In this document: one piece after another, positions 33,984 through 44,328 of the stretch | Numbering within the stretch: position 1 is the stretch's first letter | Layout: each line of letters begins with the position of its first letter | Assembly (NCBI GenBank): GCA_964276005.1 | Contig: CAXYDV010000012.1 | Location: forward strand, 37,878 to 101,877 | From: an uncultured Porticoccaceae bacterium | GTDB lineage: Bacteria; Pseudomonadota; Gammaproteobacteria; Pseudomonadales; Porticoccaceae | Reading direction: 5' to 3' | Length of the DNA stretch: 64,000 nt | Translations under genes and position numbers: made by a program | The notes under the pieces: model-generated | The model's database searches: none | What the model saw: only the letters and a program-made list of their open reading frames with translations | What the model was told of the DNA's origin: nothing

Positions 33984-34498
33984 TTATTGGCCTCCTGCTC
34001 AAAGGCTTTATCACCTTTAATCAGACGGTTAAAACGCCGACGAATAATATTGGTCAGCGAAATACGTGGTGTCTCCACCTTCATAAAGGTAGCCACACAA
34101 TGAGCAATAGGGTTTTCGGGATCGTCCTGCCAAGCAGAGCCACGACAGAACATCACATTGGAGGTATCGCGATAGACCTTGGCCGCCACATAGATAGGCT
34201 TATGAGGTTGAGCTGGGTGCATATAGTCGAGACGCAAATCCATGGTCGGTGTAACAGCAGCACTGGTCAGCATGGTGATTGCAGCACAGCCACAGCAGGT
34301 GTCGAGCAGGCTCACAATAACGCCGCCATGCACTACCCCAGTCACCGGATTACCGATCACTTCTTCTTTGTAGGGAAACGTCATCTCAACTTCGCCGCGC
34401 CCTACTTTGGTCAATTGAAAACCCAGTGCCGCGCCATGGCCTGTTCGCTCCATAGCAATCTTAAGCATAGGTTTAAATATGGCCAGTCTTAAATTCAT
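33980..34498 (-). CDS. PaaI family (hotdog-fold) thioesterase
   Basis: GNPVTGVVHGGVIVSLLDTCCG, TMDLRLDYMHPA. Confidence 0.9.
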   Translation of the reverse strand: MNLRLAIFKPMLKIAMERTGHGAALGFQLTKVGRGEVEMTFPYKEEVIGNPVTGVVHGGVIVSLLDTCCGCAAITMLTSAAVTPTMDLRLDYMHPAQPHKPIYVAAKVYRDTSNVMFCRGSAWQDDPENPIAHCVATFMKVETPRISLTNIIRRRFNRLIKGDKAFEQEANK

Positions 34499-36063
34499 TA
34501 GGCTAGGCTATCTTCAGCAACAAAATACTTAGGGTCTTCAATCACATTTACCTCAACCAAACTTCCCGCTTTGGTTAACAGTGTGCGGCATTCTTCGCTT
34601 AGATGCACCAGATGTAATTTCTTGCCAGCATTTAAATAGCGTTCCGCCAGCGTATCAATTGCCTCAAGACCAGAATGGTCTGCCACCCTAGAGCGGGCAA
34701 AATCGATAACCACATCATCGTTGTCCTGCTTGGGATCAAAGCGCTCTAAAAATGAAGTCGCAGAACCAAAGAACAGCGGGCCTGTGACCGCATAAACCGT
34801 TGAGCCCTTGTGATCTTCGCGAGCTTCAATACGAATATACTTGGCATGTTCCCAGGCAAATACCAGCGCCGAGATAATTACACCTACTACCACTGCAACG
34901 GCCAAATCAGTGGCTACGGTCACCGCAGAAACAGTTACCAAAATCAGTGCATCACTGCGTGGCACCTTGCCAACAATACGAAAGCTCGACCATTCAAAGG
35001 TACCAATAACCACGATAAACATTACACCGATCAGTGCTGCCAAAGGAATCTGTTCAATTAATGGCGAGGCTACCAAGATAAATAGCAGCAGGAACAGCGC
35101 CGCACTGATACCCGACAGTCGACCGCGACCGCCAGAGTTTACATTAATCATGCTCTGCCCAATCATCGCACAGCCGCCCATGCCACCAAAAAAACCAGTC
35201 ACTGTATTGGCCACACCCTGACCAATACATTCACGGTTACCACGACCACGGGACTCGGTTATCTCATCGATCAGACGCAGTGTCAGCAGTGATTCAATCA
35301 GGCCAATAGCGGCCAAAATAATCGCATAGGGCAAAATAATAAATAAGGTATCCAAATTAAATGGCACCTTAGGAATACTAAAACTCGGTAAACCACCACT
35401 GATAGATGCGATATCACCCACCACCTTAGTGTTTAAATCAAAGCCTAACACCAGACCAGTCACCACCATAATGGCAACCAATGAGGATGGCAGCGCCTTA
35501 GTAAACCGCGGTAAGAAATGGATAATAACCATGGTTAACAGCACCAGTCCAAACAGCATATAAAGCTGCTCACCCTGCAACCAGGCCACATCAACAATGC
35601 TGTCCTGCATAAAGGTCCCATGCAACCAACCGGACTGTCCGGCTTCGCCAAACTGTCCCAACTGGGCCAGGAAAATCACAATAGCCAAACCATTTACAAA
35701 ACCCAGCATCACTGGGTAAGGCACCATACGGATAAATTTACCCAGTTTTAAAACACCTGCGGTTATCTGCAACAGCCCCATCAGCACTACGGTAATAAAC
35801 AGATACTGGACACCATGGTCGGCAACCAGTGACACCATGACTACCGCCAATGCACCAGTGGCACCACTGATCATACCCGGACGACCGCCAATACAGGCCG
35901 TGATTAAACCCACCATAAAGGCGGCATAGAGGCCCACTAGTGGATCAACCCCAGCCACAAAGGCAAAGGCCACTGCTTCTGGAACCAACGCCAGGGCGAC
36001 CGTGAGACCGGACAGTAAATCATTTTTAAAACTAGCGACTTTACTAAACTGTAACTCAAACAT
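34498..36063 (-). CDS. SulP family inorganic anion permease with STAS domain
   Basis: [46 protein letters not shown]-terminal GPLFFGSA...DHSGLEAI. Confidence 0.94.
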   Translation of the reverse strand: MFELQFSKVASFKNDLLSGLTVALALVPEAVAFAFVAGVDPLVGLYAAFMVGLITACIGGRPGMISGATGALAVVMVSLVADHGVQYLFITVVLMGLLQITAGVLKLGKFIRMVPYPVMLGFVNGLAIVIFLAQLGQFGEAGQSGWLHGTFMQDSIVDVAWLQGEQLYMLFGLVLLTMVIIHFLPRFTKALPSSLVAIMVVTGLVLGFDLNTKVVGDIASISGGLPSFSIPKVPFNLDTLFIILPYAIILAAIGLIESLLTLRLIDEITESRGRGNRECIGQGVANTVTGFFGGMGGCAMIGQSMINVNSGGRGRLSGISAALFLLLFILVASPLIEQIPLAALIGVMFIVVIGTFEWSSFRIVGKVPRSDALILVTVSAVTVATDLAVAVVVGVIISALVFAWEHAKYIRIEAREDHKGSTVYAVTGPLFFGSATSFLERFDPKQDNDDVVIDFARSRVADHSGLEAIDTLAERYLNAGKKLHLVHLSEECRTLLTKAGSLVEVNVIEDPKYFVAEDSLA

Positions 36064-36135
36064 TAATACGACTTCTCTTGGTAATTATTGAGATTAGATA
36101 CTGGAATTCTTTAGATTAGCCAAACCTGCTGACCG

Positions 36136-37644
36136 CTATCTTGTGCGGCCAGAACTGCGGTTTGAATTACCACCAGATGGACGGTTGCGACCGCTGGTAT
36201 TTCGATTGCCACCGCCGCTGCCATAGGGAGAGTTACCCGCTGGCTTGCGTGACGGAGCAACATTGCCGTTCATGTCTGAGCGCCGCTCAGAAGACCCTTC
36301 CGCACTCTGAGCAGATCGACTGGTCTGATTGCGACCGCCCGACTTATTCTTGTTGCCAGGCTTGGGCCCATGGCCATAGACCGAGCGTTTTTGAGCTTTA
36401 CTGGAATTATTATTGTGGCGAGAATTATCCTGCGCATTGGTTGCATTGTTGAGCGCCTTGCGTGGCTTCTTGCTGCGCACGGGCCGATTAAGAGTCGTCT
36501 CCTTGACCGCTTGATCCGGCTCAAAGCCCTCAATTTCACGACGCTCTAATAACTTTTGGGTAAGGCGCTCAATATCAGAAAGCAGATCAACCTCATCGGC
36601 ACTGACCAGCGAAATAGCTTCGCCTGTGGCGCCAGCACGACCAGTGCGGCCAATACGGTGAACATAGTCCTCCGACACATTGGGTAAATCAAAGTTAACC
36701 ACATGGGGTAGCTGCTCAATATCCAAACCGCGCGCAGCAATATCTGTAGCCACCAAAATACGTACCTCATTAGCCTTAAAATCTGCCAGTGCCTTAGTCC
36801 GCGCGCCCTGACTTTTATTGCCATGAATAGCAGCCGCAGTAATGCCCTCGGCTTCAAGAAACTTAGTCAGCTTATTAGCGCCATGTTTGGTTTTACTAAA
36901 CACCAACGCCTGCGACCAGCTGCCGTCTTTTATCAGCTTAGCCAGCAGCGCCGGCTTTTTCTTCTTGTCCACGGGGCAGACCCACTGCTCTACCGAGGGT
37001 GCCGCAGCATTGCGCGGGCTCACCGAAATCTCGATAGGGTTGCGTACCAGACCTTTGGCCAGCTTGCGAATATCATCCGAGAACGTAGCCGAAAACATCA
37101 GGTTCTGACGACGTCTGGGCAGCAGATCAATAATGCGCTTTATATCGTGAATAAAGCCCATATCAAGCATGCGGTCAGCTTCATCCAGCACCAATACTTC
37201 CAGATGATCAAACTTAACGGCATTCTGGCTATGCAGATCCATTAGACGGCCCGGTGTTGCCACCAGAATATCCACACCGCGGCGTAACTTTTGCATCTGC
37301 GGGTTAATTTTTACTCCACCAAATACCACAGTAGAAGTCAGATTGAGATGGGTGCCATACAGCGCCACACTCGCACCCACCTGAGCGGCAAGCTCACGGG
37401 TTGGAGTCAAGATCAAGGTGCGCGCCTGATTGGCCTGAGCGCGACGGCCCTTCGATAGCCGCTCCAAGATAGGCAGGGTAAAACCAGCGGTTTTACCGGT
37501 ACCTGTCTGCGCTGCCGCCATAACATCATGGCCGGCCAGTACGGCGGGAATGGCTTTCGCCTGAATCGGTGAAGGTTCGCTATAGCCCTGTTTAGCAATA
37601 GCTTTAAGAATAGGGGCGGATAGGCCCAGATCATCAAAGGTCAT
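36136..37644 (-). CDS. rhlE: DEAD-box RNA helicase (RhlE-like)
   Basis: [36 protein letters not shown], basic low-complexity tail. ATG 37644 (MTFDDLG). Confidence 0.85.
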   Translation of the reverse strand: MTFDDLGLSAPILKAIAKQGYSEPSPIQAKAIPAVLAGHDVMAAAQTGTGKTAGFTLPILERLSKGRRAQANQARTLILTPTRELAAQVGASVALYGTHLNLTSTVVFGGVKINPQMQKLRRGVDILVATPGRLMDLHSQNAVKFDHLEVLVLDEADRMLDMGFIHDIKRIIDLLPRRRQNLMFSATFSDDIRKLAKGLVRNPIEISVSPRNAAAPSVEQWVCPVDKKKKPALLAKLIKDGSWSQALVFSKTKHGANKLTKFLEAEGITAAAIHGNKSQGARTKALADFKANEVRILVATDIAARGLDIEQLPHVVNFDLPNVSEDYVHRIGRTGRAGATGEAISLVSADEVDLLSDIERLTQKLLERREIEGFEPDQAVKETTLNRPVRSKKPRKALNNATNAQDNSRHNNNSSKAQKRSVYGHGPKPGNKNKSGGRNQTSRSAQSAEGSSERRSDMNGNVAPSRKPAGNSPYGSGGGNRNTSGRNRPSGGNSNRSSGRTR

Positions 37645-37809
37645 AAAATCGTCTTTTAAGTTAGCCCTGCAAAATTTATATTGCAAGGTACTGCCGACTT
37701 TGGACCTGAGTGGCAAAAATGAATAGAAGTGTGGAGATGGTCCAGAATGGCGCGCAGCTTACAGAAATCTAGCGACTATTGCACCCTAAACCATTGAGTT
37801 TTAGCGACT

Positions 37810-38292
37810 TTAAGCCTCAGCAAGAACTTTATAGGCATTAATCACATTATCCGGTGCCTGCACCAGCTCAACCAGCACGCCCTGCGAGCTAAGAGGAAAT
37901 TCATCATTGCCTTTGGGGTGCACAAAACAGACGTCATAACCAGCGGCACCTTTGCGAATTCCCCCCGGGGTAAAACGCAGGCCCTGCTCGGTTAACCAGC
38001 TAACTGCAGCAGCCAAATCATCGACCCAGAGGCCGACATGGTTAAGTGCGGGAATATCGACACGGGGCTTTTTTTCGCTGTCTAGGGGCTGCATTAGATC
38101 CACCTCTACCACAAAGTCACCAGCGCCCATCTCGCAGATATCCTCATCAACATTTTCGCTTTCGCTAACAAAGGTGTCGCGATAACTCAGACCCAGCAGG
38201 TCGACCCAAAAACTGCGCAACTTTTGTTTGTCAGCACCACCAACGGCGATTTGCTGAATACCTAAAATTGAAAATGGACGTAAATCGGACAC
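37810..38292 (-). CDS. VOC-superfamily protein (glyoxalase / methylmalonyl-CoA epimerase-like)
   Basis: [39 protein letters not shown] metal-ligand pattern; GTG start 2 nt after the DHH stop. Confidence 0.82.
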   Translation of the reverse strand: MSDLRPFSILGIQQIAVGGADKQKLRSFWVDLLGLSYRDTFVSESENVDEDICEMGAGDFVVEVDLMQPLDSEKKPRVDIPALNHVGLWVDDLAAAVSWLTEQGLRFTPGGIRKGAAGYDVCFVHPKGNDEFPLSSQGVLVELVQAPDNVINAYKVLAEA

Positions 38293-38294
38293 GG

Positions 38295-39260
38295 CTAGCT
38301 ACCTCGGTAAGACTGCGTAAATGCGGCGATAAACTGATCCAGCATAGCGGCAGGTAAATCATTAATACCAGCAGCAGCCTCGCGGCCACCACCAGAGGGA
38401 AATTGCATACACAGCGCCGCGGCGCCCTGCTTATTGTTTAAAGGCGCGCGCACACTGACCAGATAATTACCATTGGCCTTCGCGGTTAACACGGCATGGG
38501 CGCGATCCGGATTTTGGTTGGTCAGATCATTGCTGTACACACCACTAACACGGCGAGCCCAGAATTGATCTGGCAGGGAAAATACCGCAATTGACTCATT
38601 GGCATACAGCGCTTGAGTTGACTGTGCTGCACTCAGATCCTGGTGATAGCCAGTTTCAAGCTGCTCAAAGGTCTCGCCACCAGCCGTTATAAAGTCTAAG
38701 GGATTCGCGAAATCACTGAGTAAACTGTACAGCTCGGCGGGGCGAAAATGCAGCTCGTCTAGGTCCGCGCCATAGCCATTGTAGTTAATATAGATACCCA
38801 GCTTTTCCAGTAAAGACAGCTGCTCGGCACTAATATCCAGATTCTTGGCCAGCCCAGAAGCACTCTTTTTAAGGTTGTCTCCAAAGGTACCCACTACGCC
38901 CCAGGCAGTGTAGGCGCCGCGCAAATAATGATTAATCAGTAAGCTTGTACAGACATCTGGCGCTTCATTAATTAGCGACTTAAGCCGCGCCGACGGCGGT
39001 ACCTGACCGGCAAAATGATGGTCGACATAAAACACCTCAGCACCTGCAGCCAAAACGCGCCGCAGATCATCACGGTTTTTATCCATGGAGATATCGAGAA
39101 CGGTAATGCGATCACCATCCTCGGCATCGACCTGCTTAAGTAGGCTGATATCGCGCTTAACACCAGTGACTAACTGCGCCGCACGGGGTTCGGCAAGGCG
39201 CAACTGCACCAGAGCACAGATGCCGTCCGCATCGCCATTAAATACATCATAGTTAGTCAT
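38295..39260 (-). CDS. DHH/DHHA1 family phosphoesterase
   Basis: NGDADG, VLDIS, VDHH, FGDNL and the C-terminal [10 protein letters not shown] motif. Confidence 0.85.
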   Translation of the reverse strand: MTNYDVFNGDADGICALVQLRLAEPRAAQLVTGVKRDISLLKQVDAEDGDRITVLDISMDKNRDDLRRVLAAGAEVFYVDHHFAGQVPPSARLKSLINEAPDVCTSLLINHYLRGAYTAWGVVGTFGDNLKKSASGLAKNLDISAEQLSLLEKLGIYINYNGYGADLDELHFRPAELYSLLSDFANPLDFITAGGETFEQLETGYHQDLSAAQSTQALYANESIAVFSLPDQFWARRVSGVYSNDLTNQNPDRAHAVLTAKANGNYLVSVRAPLNNKQGAAALCMQFPSGGGREAAAGINDLPAAMLDQFIAAFTQSYRGS

Positions 39261-39303
39261 AAAGTCTCTTTTGGGCGCCTGTTTAGATTAATAATCTTAG
39301 CCC

Positions 39304-40494
39304 TTAAGCATTCTCTAGCTGATAATAATCCATCAATATCTTGGCCACCTCGGGTCGTGCAAACTCTGGCGGCGGTGCAATACCATCACCCAGCATCTGG
39401 CGTACCTTGGTACCAGACAGCAAAATAAAATCTTCTTTGCTGTGATCTTCCGCTTCATTCATCATCACCACGCGCCCCAACTTAGTCGAATAGGCAGTGT
39501 GATCGGCATTAAATATATCGATCTCCAATGAGCCAGCAGGCACTCTTTCAGCAAAGATAGTCTGGGCATCAAAGGCGCCGTAGTAATCACCCACACCAGC
39601 GTGATCGCGACCCACAATCAAATGGGTACAACCCATATTCTGGCGGAATACCGCATGCAGCACAGCCTCACGGGGGCCCGCATAGAGCATATCAAAACCA
39701 TAGCCGGTGACCATCACCGAGTTCTGTGGGAAGTACAGTTCAACCATCTTGCGAATACAGTCATCGCGCACAGAGGCGGGAATATCACCCTTTTTAAGCT
39801 TGCCCAACAACATATGCACCACAACACCATCGGCATCTAAACGTTCCATGGCCATGCGGCATAGCTCTTCGTGAGCTCTGTGCATTGGATTTCTAGTTTG
39901 GAACGCCACCACTTTCTGCCAGCCGCGCTGGGTAATCTCTTCGCGAATTTCAACGGCAGTGCGGAAAGTATCGGGAAAATCAGCTTGGAAGTAACTCAGG
40001 CTTAACACCTGAATATCACCAGAGATGATATTGCGTCCTAGGTTAGTAAAGGTACCTACGCCAGGATGCTCAGCATCCAAGGTACCAAAAATTTCTTGAG
40101 CCATGGTCTCAATTTGCGCATCGGACACAGCTTCAATCGCGGCCACATCCATAATCGCCATCACTGGATGGCCCTCGGTATTGGGATCGCGTAACGCAAT
40201 ACGACTAGCACCTTCAATGGCAGACACATCCTCTACCAAGTTAAGCACAGGTACTGGCCAAAACAGCCCCTCGGCAGTATGCAATGTCTCGGCAACGCTC
40301 AGTGCATCCGCCAAATTCATATAACCAGTCAACGGGTTAAAATAACCAGCGCCCAGCATCACAGCATTGGCGGCGGCGGCAGAGTTAAGTATTAGGGAAG
40401 GCAGAGACTCTGCCTCGGTGAGTAGCTGTTGCTGTAACTGTGCATCCTGCACAAAAAGGGGGTTTAAGGTTTCTGAGCCATGTGGCTTGATCAA
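39304..40494 (-). CDS. sat: Sulfate adenylyltransferase (homo-oligomeric Sat type)
   Basis: VAFQTRNPMHRAHE, GRDHAGVG, SGTKVR. Probable TTG start at 40494 (LIKPHGS) with a GGAGA RBS; the longer track ORF overlaps cysC. Confidence 0.96.
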   Translation of the reverse strand: MIKPHGSETLNPLFVQDAQLQQQLLTEAESLPSLILNSAAAANAVMLGAGYFNPLTGYMNLADALSVAETLHTAEGLFWPVPVLNLVEDVSAIEGASRIALRDPNTEGHPVMAIMDVAAIEAVSDAQIETMAQEIFGTLDAEHPGVGTFTNLGRNIISGDIQVLSLSYFQADFPDTFRTAVEIREEITQRGWQKVVAFQTRNPMHRAHEELCRMAMERLDADGVVVHMLLGKLKKGDIPASVRDDCIRKMVELYFPQNSVMVTGYGFDMLYAGPREAVLHAVFRQNMGCTHLIVGRDHAGVGDYYGAFDAQTIFAERVPAGSLEIDIFNADHTAYSTKLGRVVMMNEAEDHSKEDFILLSGTKVRQMLGDGIAPPPEFARPEVAKILMDYYQLENA

Positions 40495-40534
40495 AGGACT
40501 ATCTCCGTCTGTGTGGTTTAGAAAATTAGGATTG

Positions 40535-41158
40535 CTACTGGTGGCTGTCGATAAAGCCATGCTGTTCGAGGTAGTCCATAATAACATCTACCTCTTCTTC
40601 AAGGGTCATTTTGTCGGTATGCAGATGAATCTCTGGCTGAGTTGGCGCCTCATAGGGGTCGTCGATACCGGTGAAGTTCTTAATCTCGCCTGCCCGCGCT
40701 TTTCTATACAGACCTTTAGGGTCTCGCGCTTCTGCCTCAGCCAGTGAGCAATCGACAAAGACTTCAATAAAGGCAAAGTTTGATTCCGCATGTAACTCCC
40801 GCACCCTGTCTCGGTCAGCATGATAAGGGCTGATAAAACTCGACAGAGCAATAACGCCAGAGTCGACAAATAGCTTGGCAATTTCACCAATGCGACGGAT
40901 ATTCTCGCTGCGGTCATCCGCAGAAAAACCCAGATTCTTATTAATCCCCAGACGAATGTTGTCACCATCCAAGCGATAACTCAGCTTACTGCGGTGAAAC
41001 AGTGCCTGCTCAAGCGCCACAGCTACCGTGCTCTTACCACTGCCCGACAGGCCGGTAAACCAAAGTGTTGCGCCCTGCTGCCCAAGTAATTGATTGCGAT
41101 CTTCGCGGGCAATATCGCCATCGTGCCAGGTTACATTGGTTGCCTTTTGCTCTGCCAT
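40535..41158 (-). CDS. cysC: Adenylyl-sulfate (APS) kinase
   Basis: [37 protein letters not shown]. Confidence 0.97.
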   Translation of the reverse strand: MAEQKATNVTWHDGDIAREDRNQLLGQQGATLWFTGLSGSGKSTVAVALEQALFHRSKLSYRLDGDNIRLGINKNLGFSADDRSENIRRIGEIAKLFVDSGVIALSSFISPYHADRDRVRELHAESNFAFIEVFVDCSLAEAEARDPKGLYRKARAGEIKNFTGIDDPYEAPTQPEIHLHTDKMTLEEEVDVIMDYLEQHGFIDSHQ

Positions 41159-41272
41159 ATTGCTATCTCACTCAGGTTACTTTTTGATTCGCGTTTAATC
41201 ATTTAGCCACTAGAAAACGTGATAGTAGACCCATTCCATATACATGTAAAACAGGATATTATGGAATTGTTA

Positions 41273-41287
41273 ATCGATTTAATCGAT
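41273..41287. promoter_or_regulatory. Candidate LysR operator between cysC and the divergent LysR gene
   Basis: ATCGAT-TTA-ATCGAT, a perfect T-N11-A dyad. A second inverted repeat ATTCCATA...TATGGAAT lies at 41233-41267. Confidence 0.6.
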
Positions 41288-41320
41288 AGATTATTATTTA
41301 ATATCACGTAGGCCCACCCA

Positions 41321-42193
41321 ATGAAGTACAGCCTCAGACAGCTAGAGATTTTTCTTACCATTGCCAGATATCAAAATATCTCCAAGGCAGCGGAGCGGCT
41401 GCATATGTCCCAGTCTGCCGCCAGTGCTGCGCTGCAAAATCTTGAGCAGGCCTACAATATCAGTCTGTTTAATCGCGTAGGCAAAAAACTCGAACTCAAT
41501 GAAGTGGGAAAAACCCTGCGTAGCAAGGCTGTCTTACTCGCCGACCATGCGCTGGAATTTGAGCAGGCACTGCAGGGTCACGGCGATATAGGCCATCTAA
41601 AAGTCGGCGCCAGCTTTACCATTGGCAATCATTTAGCCGTTACCTATTTGGCCGGATATCTGGCCGAGCACCCAGAGGCTAAGGTCGACATTAATGTGGC
41701 CAATAGCGCCGATATCGCCGCTCAGGTGCTAAATTTTGAAGTTGATATCGGCATGATTGAGGGCGAGGTAAAAGATCAGGGGTTAGAACTCATTCCATGG
41801 CGTGAGGATCAGCTGGTGGTTTTTTGCAGCCCCGAGCACCCACTGGCGAAAAAGACAAACCTCAGTGATAAGGATATCAAACAGGCCCGCTGGATACTGC
41901 GCGAACCAGAATCTGGCGCCCGTCAGACCTTTGCTCGCGCCATGGCCGGACTCATACCCGACATAGATATCTACCTCGAATTCAAGCACAACGAAGCGAT
42001 TAAAAAAGCCGTAGAAGCCGGGTTAGGCATTGGCTGCCTCTCTGAGATAGTCCTACAAAATAACTTTAAGGCTGGCGATCTGGTGCCATTAAAACTGCCC
42101 AAGCGTGATATGAAACGAACCTTTTATTTTGCCCTACCCAAGAAGCGCCATAAAACCGCTGCGATTGACTGGTGGATGGCGGGCTGCCAATAA
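41321..42193 (+). CDS. LysR family regulator of the YeiE/CysL/FinR type
   Basis: SLRQLEIF HTH, GASFTIGNHL, DIGMIEG, WILREPESGAR, EAIKKAVEAGLGIGCLS match the YeiE/FinR subfamily pattern from memory. Confidence 0.85.
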   Translation: MKYSLRQLEIFLTIARYQNISKAAERLHMSQSAASAALQNLEQAYNISLFNRVGKKLELNEVGKTLRSKAVLLADHALEFEQALQGHGDIGHLKVGASFTIGNHLAVTYLAGYLAEHPEAKVDINVANSADIAAQVLNFEVDIGMIEGEVKDQGLELIPWREDQLVVFCSPEHPLAKKTNLSDKDIKQARWILREPESGARQTFARAMAGLIPDIDIYLEFKHNEAIKKAVEAGLGIGCLSEIVLQNNFKAGDLVPLKLPKRDMKRTFYFALPKKRHKTAAIDWWMAGCQ

Positions 42194-42210
42194 CCAGACA
42201 GCTTAGATAA

Positions 42211-42264
42211 AGCACCTAGATAGAAAGGGCCTGGATAGAGAGGGCCTAGAAAGAGAGCACTTAG
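42211..42264. repeat. Degenerate 15-bp tandem repeat (about 3.6 copies) between convergent genes
   Basis: agcacctagatagaa / agggcctggatagag / agggcctagaaagag / agcacttag. Confidence 0.65.
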
Positions 42265-43196
42265 CTGTACTTCTTTGCCAAGTTCGCAATCACCCCATCA
42301 AAGCCAGCCATGGTGTCATCGACAATTTGCTTCGCAGTTAAAATTTCATCAATACGACCCGTCACCTGGCCTCCCAATGGAATCGCCGCTTCCATATCAC
42401 CGCCAAAATAGAGTGCCGGTAAATTAGCCATATGCTCCATCACATTAATCTTGCCTATGGATTCAAGGCTTGCGGTACGCTCCGTACGCAAGGCACGCAG
42501 CGCTGGTCTGCCGTGCTGATTTAAAAATACCGTATCCGTTTCTTTGGAATCAATAATCGCATCCTTCCAATTGCTGTGCACTGGCGACTCAGCACAGGCC
42601 AGCATGCGCGTCCCCATCTGTACACCCTCTGCACCCATAGCAAAGGCTGCGGCCATAGATGCCCCATCACTAATACCGCCCGCGGCAATAATCGGCACAT
42701 CACATTGAGAGCGAATTAGAGGCAATAAGACCATGGTCGACACTGGGCTGGGATTTTTAAAACCACCGCCTTCACCACCCTCAACAATCAAACCATCAAC
42801 ACCGGCATCCAGTGCTTTAAGTGCCATATCTAATGTTGGCACCACATGAAAAACCGAGATGCCTGCATCCTGAAAATCTTTGGTACAGACTGCCGGGCTA
42901 CCCGACGAGGTAGTGACAAACTTAATTCCCTGCTCAATCACAAAGTCGATAATATTACTGCCGCGCACGTAAGATAGCGCCACATTCATACCAAAGGGTT
43001 TATCGGTAAGGTCGCGCATTTTGGCAACCTCGGCTTTAATATTGTCCAGTTCCCCAGAGGAAGTTTCGATAATACCCATGCCACCGGCATTGCTCACTGC
43101 CGAGGCCAATTGCGCTCGCGCAATCCAGCCCATTGGCGCTTGAATAATAGGGTATTGGGTGCCGGTTAGCGCGGTCACTCTATTGTTGATTGCCAT
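42261..43196 (-). CDS. Nitronate monooxygenase / FabK-like FMN oxidoreductase
   Basis: YPIIQAPMGW, SNAGGMG, EGGEGGGF, IIAAGGISDG, GVQMGTR. Confidence 0.88.
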   Translation of the reverse strand: MAINNRVTALTGTQYPIIQAPMGWIARAQLASAVSNAGGMGIIETSSGELDNIKAEVAKMRDLTDKPFGMNVALSYVRGSNIIDFVIEQGIKFVTTSSGSPAVCTKDFQDAGISVFHVVPTLDMALKALDAGVDGLIVEGGEGGGFKNPSPVSTMVLLPLIRSQCDVPIIAAGGISDGASMAAAFAMGAEGVQMGTRMLACAESPVHSNWKDAIIDSKETDTVFLNQHGRPALRALRTERTASLESIGKINVMEHMANLPALYFGGDMEAAIPLGGQVTGRIDEILTAKQIVDDTMAGFDGVIANLAKKYS

Positions 43197-43243
43197 ATAA
43201 TTATTATCCGTTTCTATGGTTATTTTTATAGACGGCTTTTTTA

Positions 43244-44278
43244 TTATTCGCTAACAAAGCCCAGTGCATTGACAGCCAATGGCTGCACCATGCCGGAAAC
43301 ACCCGAGGCTAACTTGCTCGACGCATTGCCATCGGCGGCTCGCTTTGCAACACCCTGGCAGATCGCCGCTAAACGGAAAAAGCTAAAGGCCATATAGAAA
43401 GACCAGTTAGCAATCTTATCTATGCCCATGCGCTCGCAATATTTATCCACATACTCAGTCTCTGAGGGAATACCCAATGCAGCGGGGTCCAACCCTGCAA
43501 GGCCAGATGAAGGGCCATTAGTCTTGCCTGAAGGCAGGCGCAAACCCATACATTGGTAGGCCAGATCTGCAAAGGGATGACCCAGAGTCGACAGTTCCCA
43601 ATCCAATACCGCAATTACTTCTTGATTGCTCTTATCAAACATCAAGTTGTCCAAGCGATAATCACCGTGAACCAGCGACACCTTGCCATCATCTTCAGGA
43701 ATATTATCCGCCAACCAAGCCATTAACTTGTCCATCTCCGGAATCGGTGTTAACTCTGACGCCTTGTACTGAGCAGACCAACGATCAACCTGACGCTGGA
43801 AATAGTTGCCGGGGCGACCATAATCTGCCAGACCAACTTTTTCTAAATCCACCGAGTGAATAGCCACCAACACGCGATTCATCTCGTCGTACATCTTTGC
43901 GCGCCCCTCATTGCTCGGAATTTCTTCCAGAGCCGAGGACCAGTGCACATTGCCATCGCAGAATTCCATAATATAAAACATGGAACCTATGACTTCAGGA
44001 TCTTCACAGAGGTGATAAACCTTGGCCACCGGCACATCAGTATCAGCCAATGCTGCCAGGACGCGGTACTCGCGATCGACTGCATGAGCAGACTTAAGCA
44101 GCTTGCCCGGCGGCTGACGACGCAGTACATAGCTGCCCGACGCCGCATCGATTTTAAAGGTGGGGTTTGATTGGCCACCGGCAAATTTACTCGCCGTTAA
44201 AGGCCCCTGAAACTCGGTAATATTGGCCTCTAAATAGCCGGCCAATTTTGCTTCATCAAGTGTATCTACTTCAGACAT
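43244..44278 (-). CDS. APH-family phosphotransferase (ACAD10/11 kinase-domain / LvaA-like)
   Basis: GGQSNPTF, AHAVDREYRV, HGDYRLDN, VLDWELSTLGHPFADL. Confidence 0.9.
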   Translation of the reverse strand: MSEVDTLDEAKLAGYLEANITEFQGPLTASKFAGGQSNPTFKIDAASGSYVLRRQPPGKLLKSAHAVDREYRVLAALADTDVPVAKVYHLCEDPEVIGSMFYIMEFCDGNVHWSSALEEIPSNEGRAKMYDEMNRVLVAIHSVDLEKVGLADYGRPGNYFQRQVDRWSAQYKASELTPIPEMDKLMAWLADNIPEDDGKVSLVHGDYRLDNLMFDKSNQEVIAVLDWELSTLGHPFADLAYQCMGLRLPSGKTNGPSSGLAGLDPAALGIPSETEYVDKYCERMGIDKIANWSFYMAFSFFRLAAICQGVAKRAADGNASSKLASGVSGMVQPLAVNALGFVSE

Positions 44279-44328
44279 AGTCGCTTCTTATGGTTAGTGA
44301 ATTACTGATTTATTTTTATTCTGCACAA

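Noticed and set aside
40495-40587. N-terminal extension of Sat overlapping cysC, or a CysC-Sat fusion by frameshift
   Set aside because: cysC ends in a normal stop at 40535, and a TTG with a GGAGA RBS at 40494 gives the expected Sat N-terminus; I saw no slippery site.
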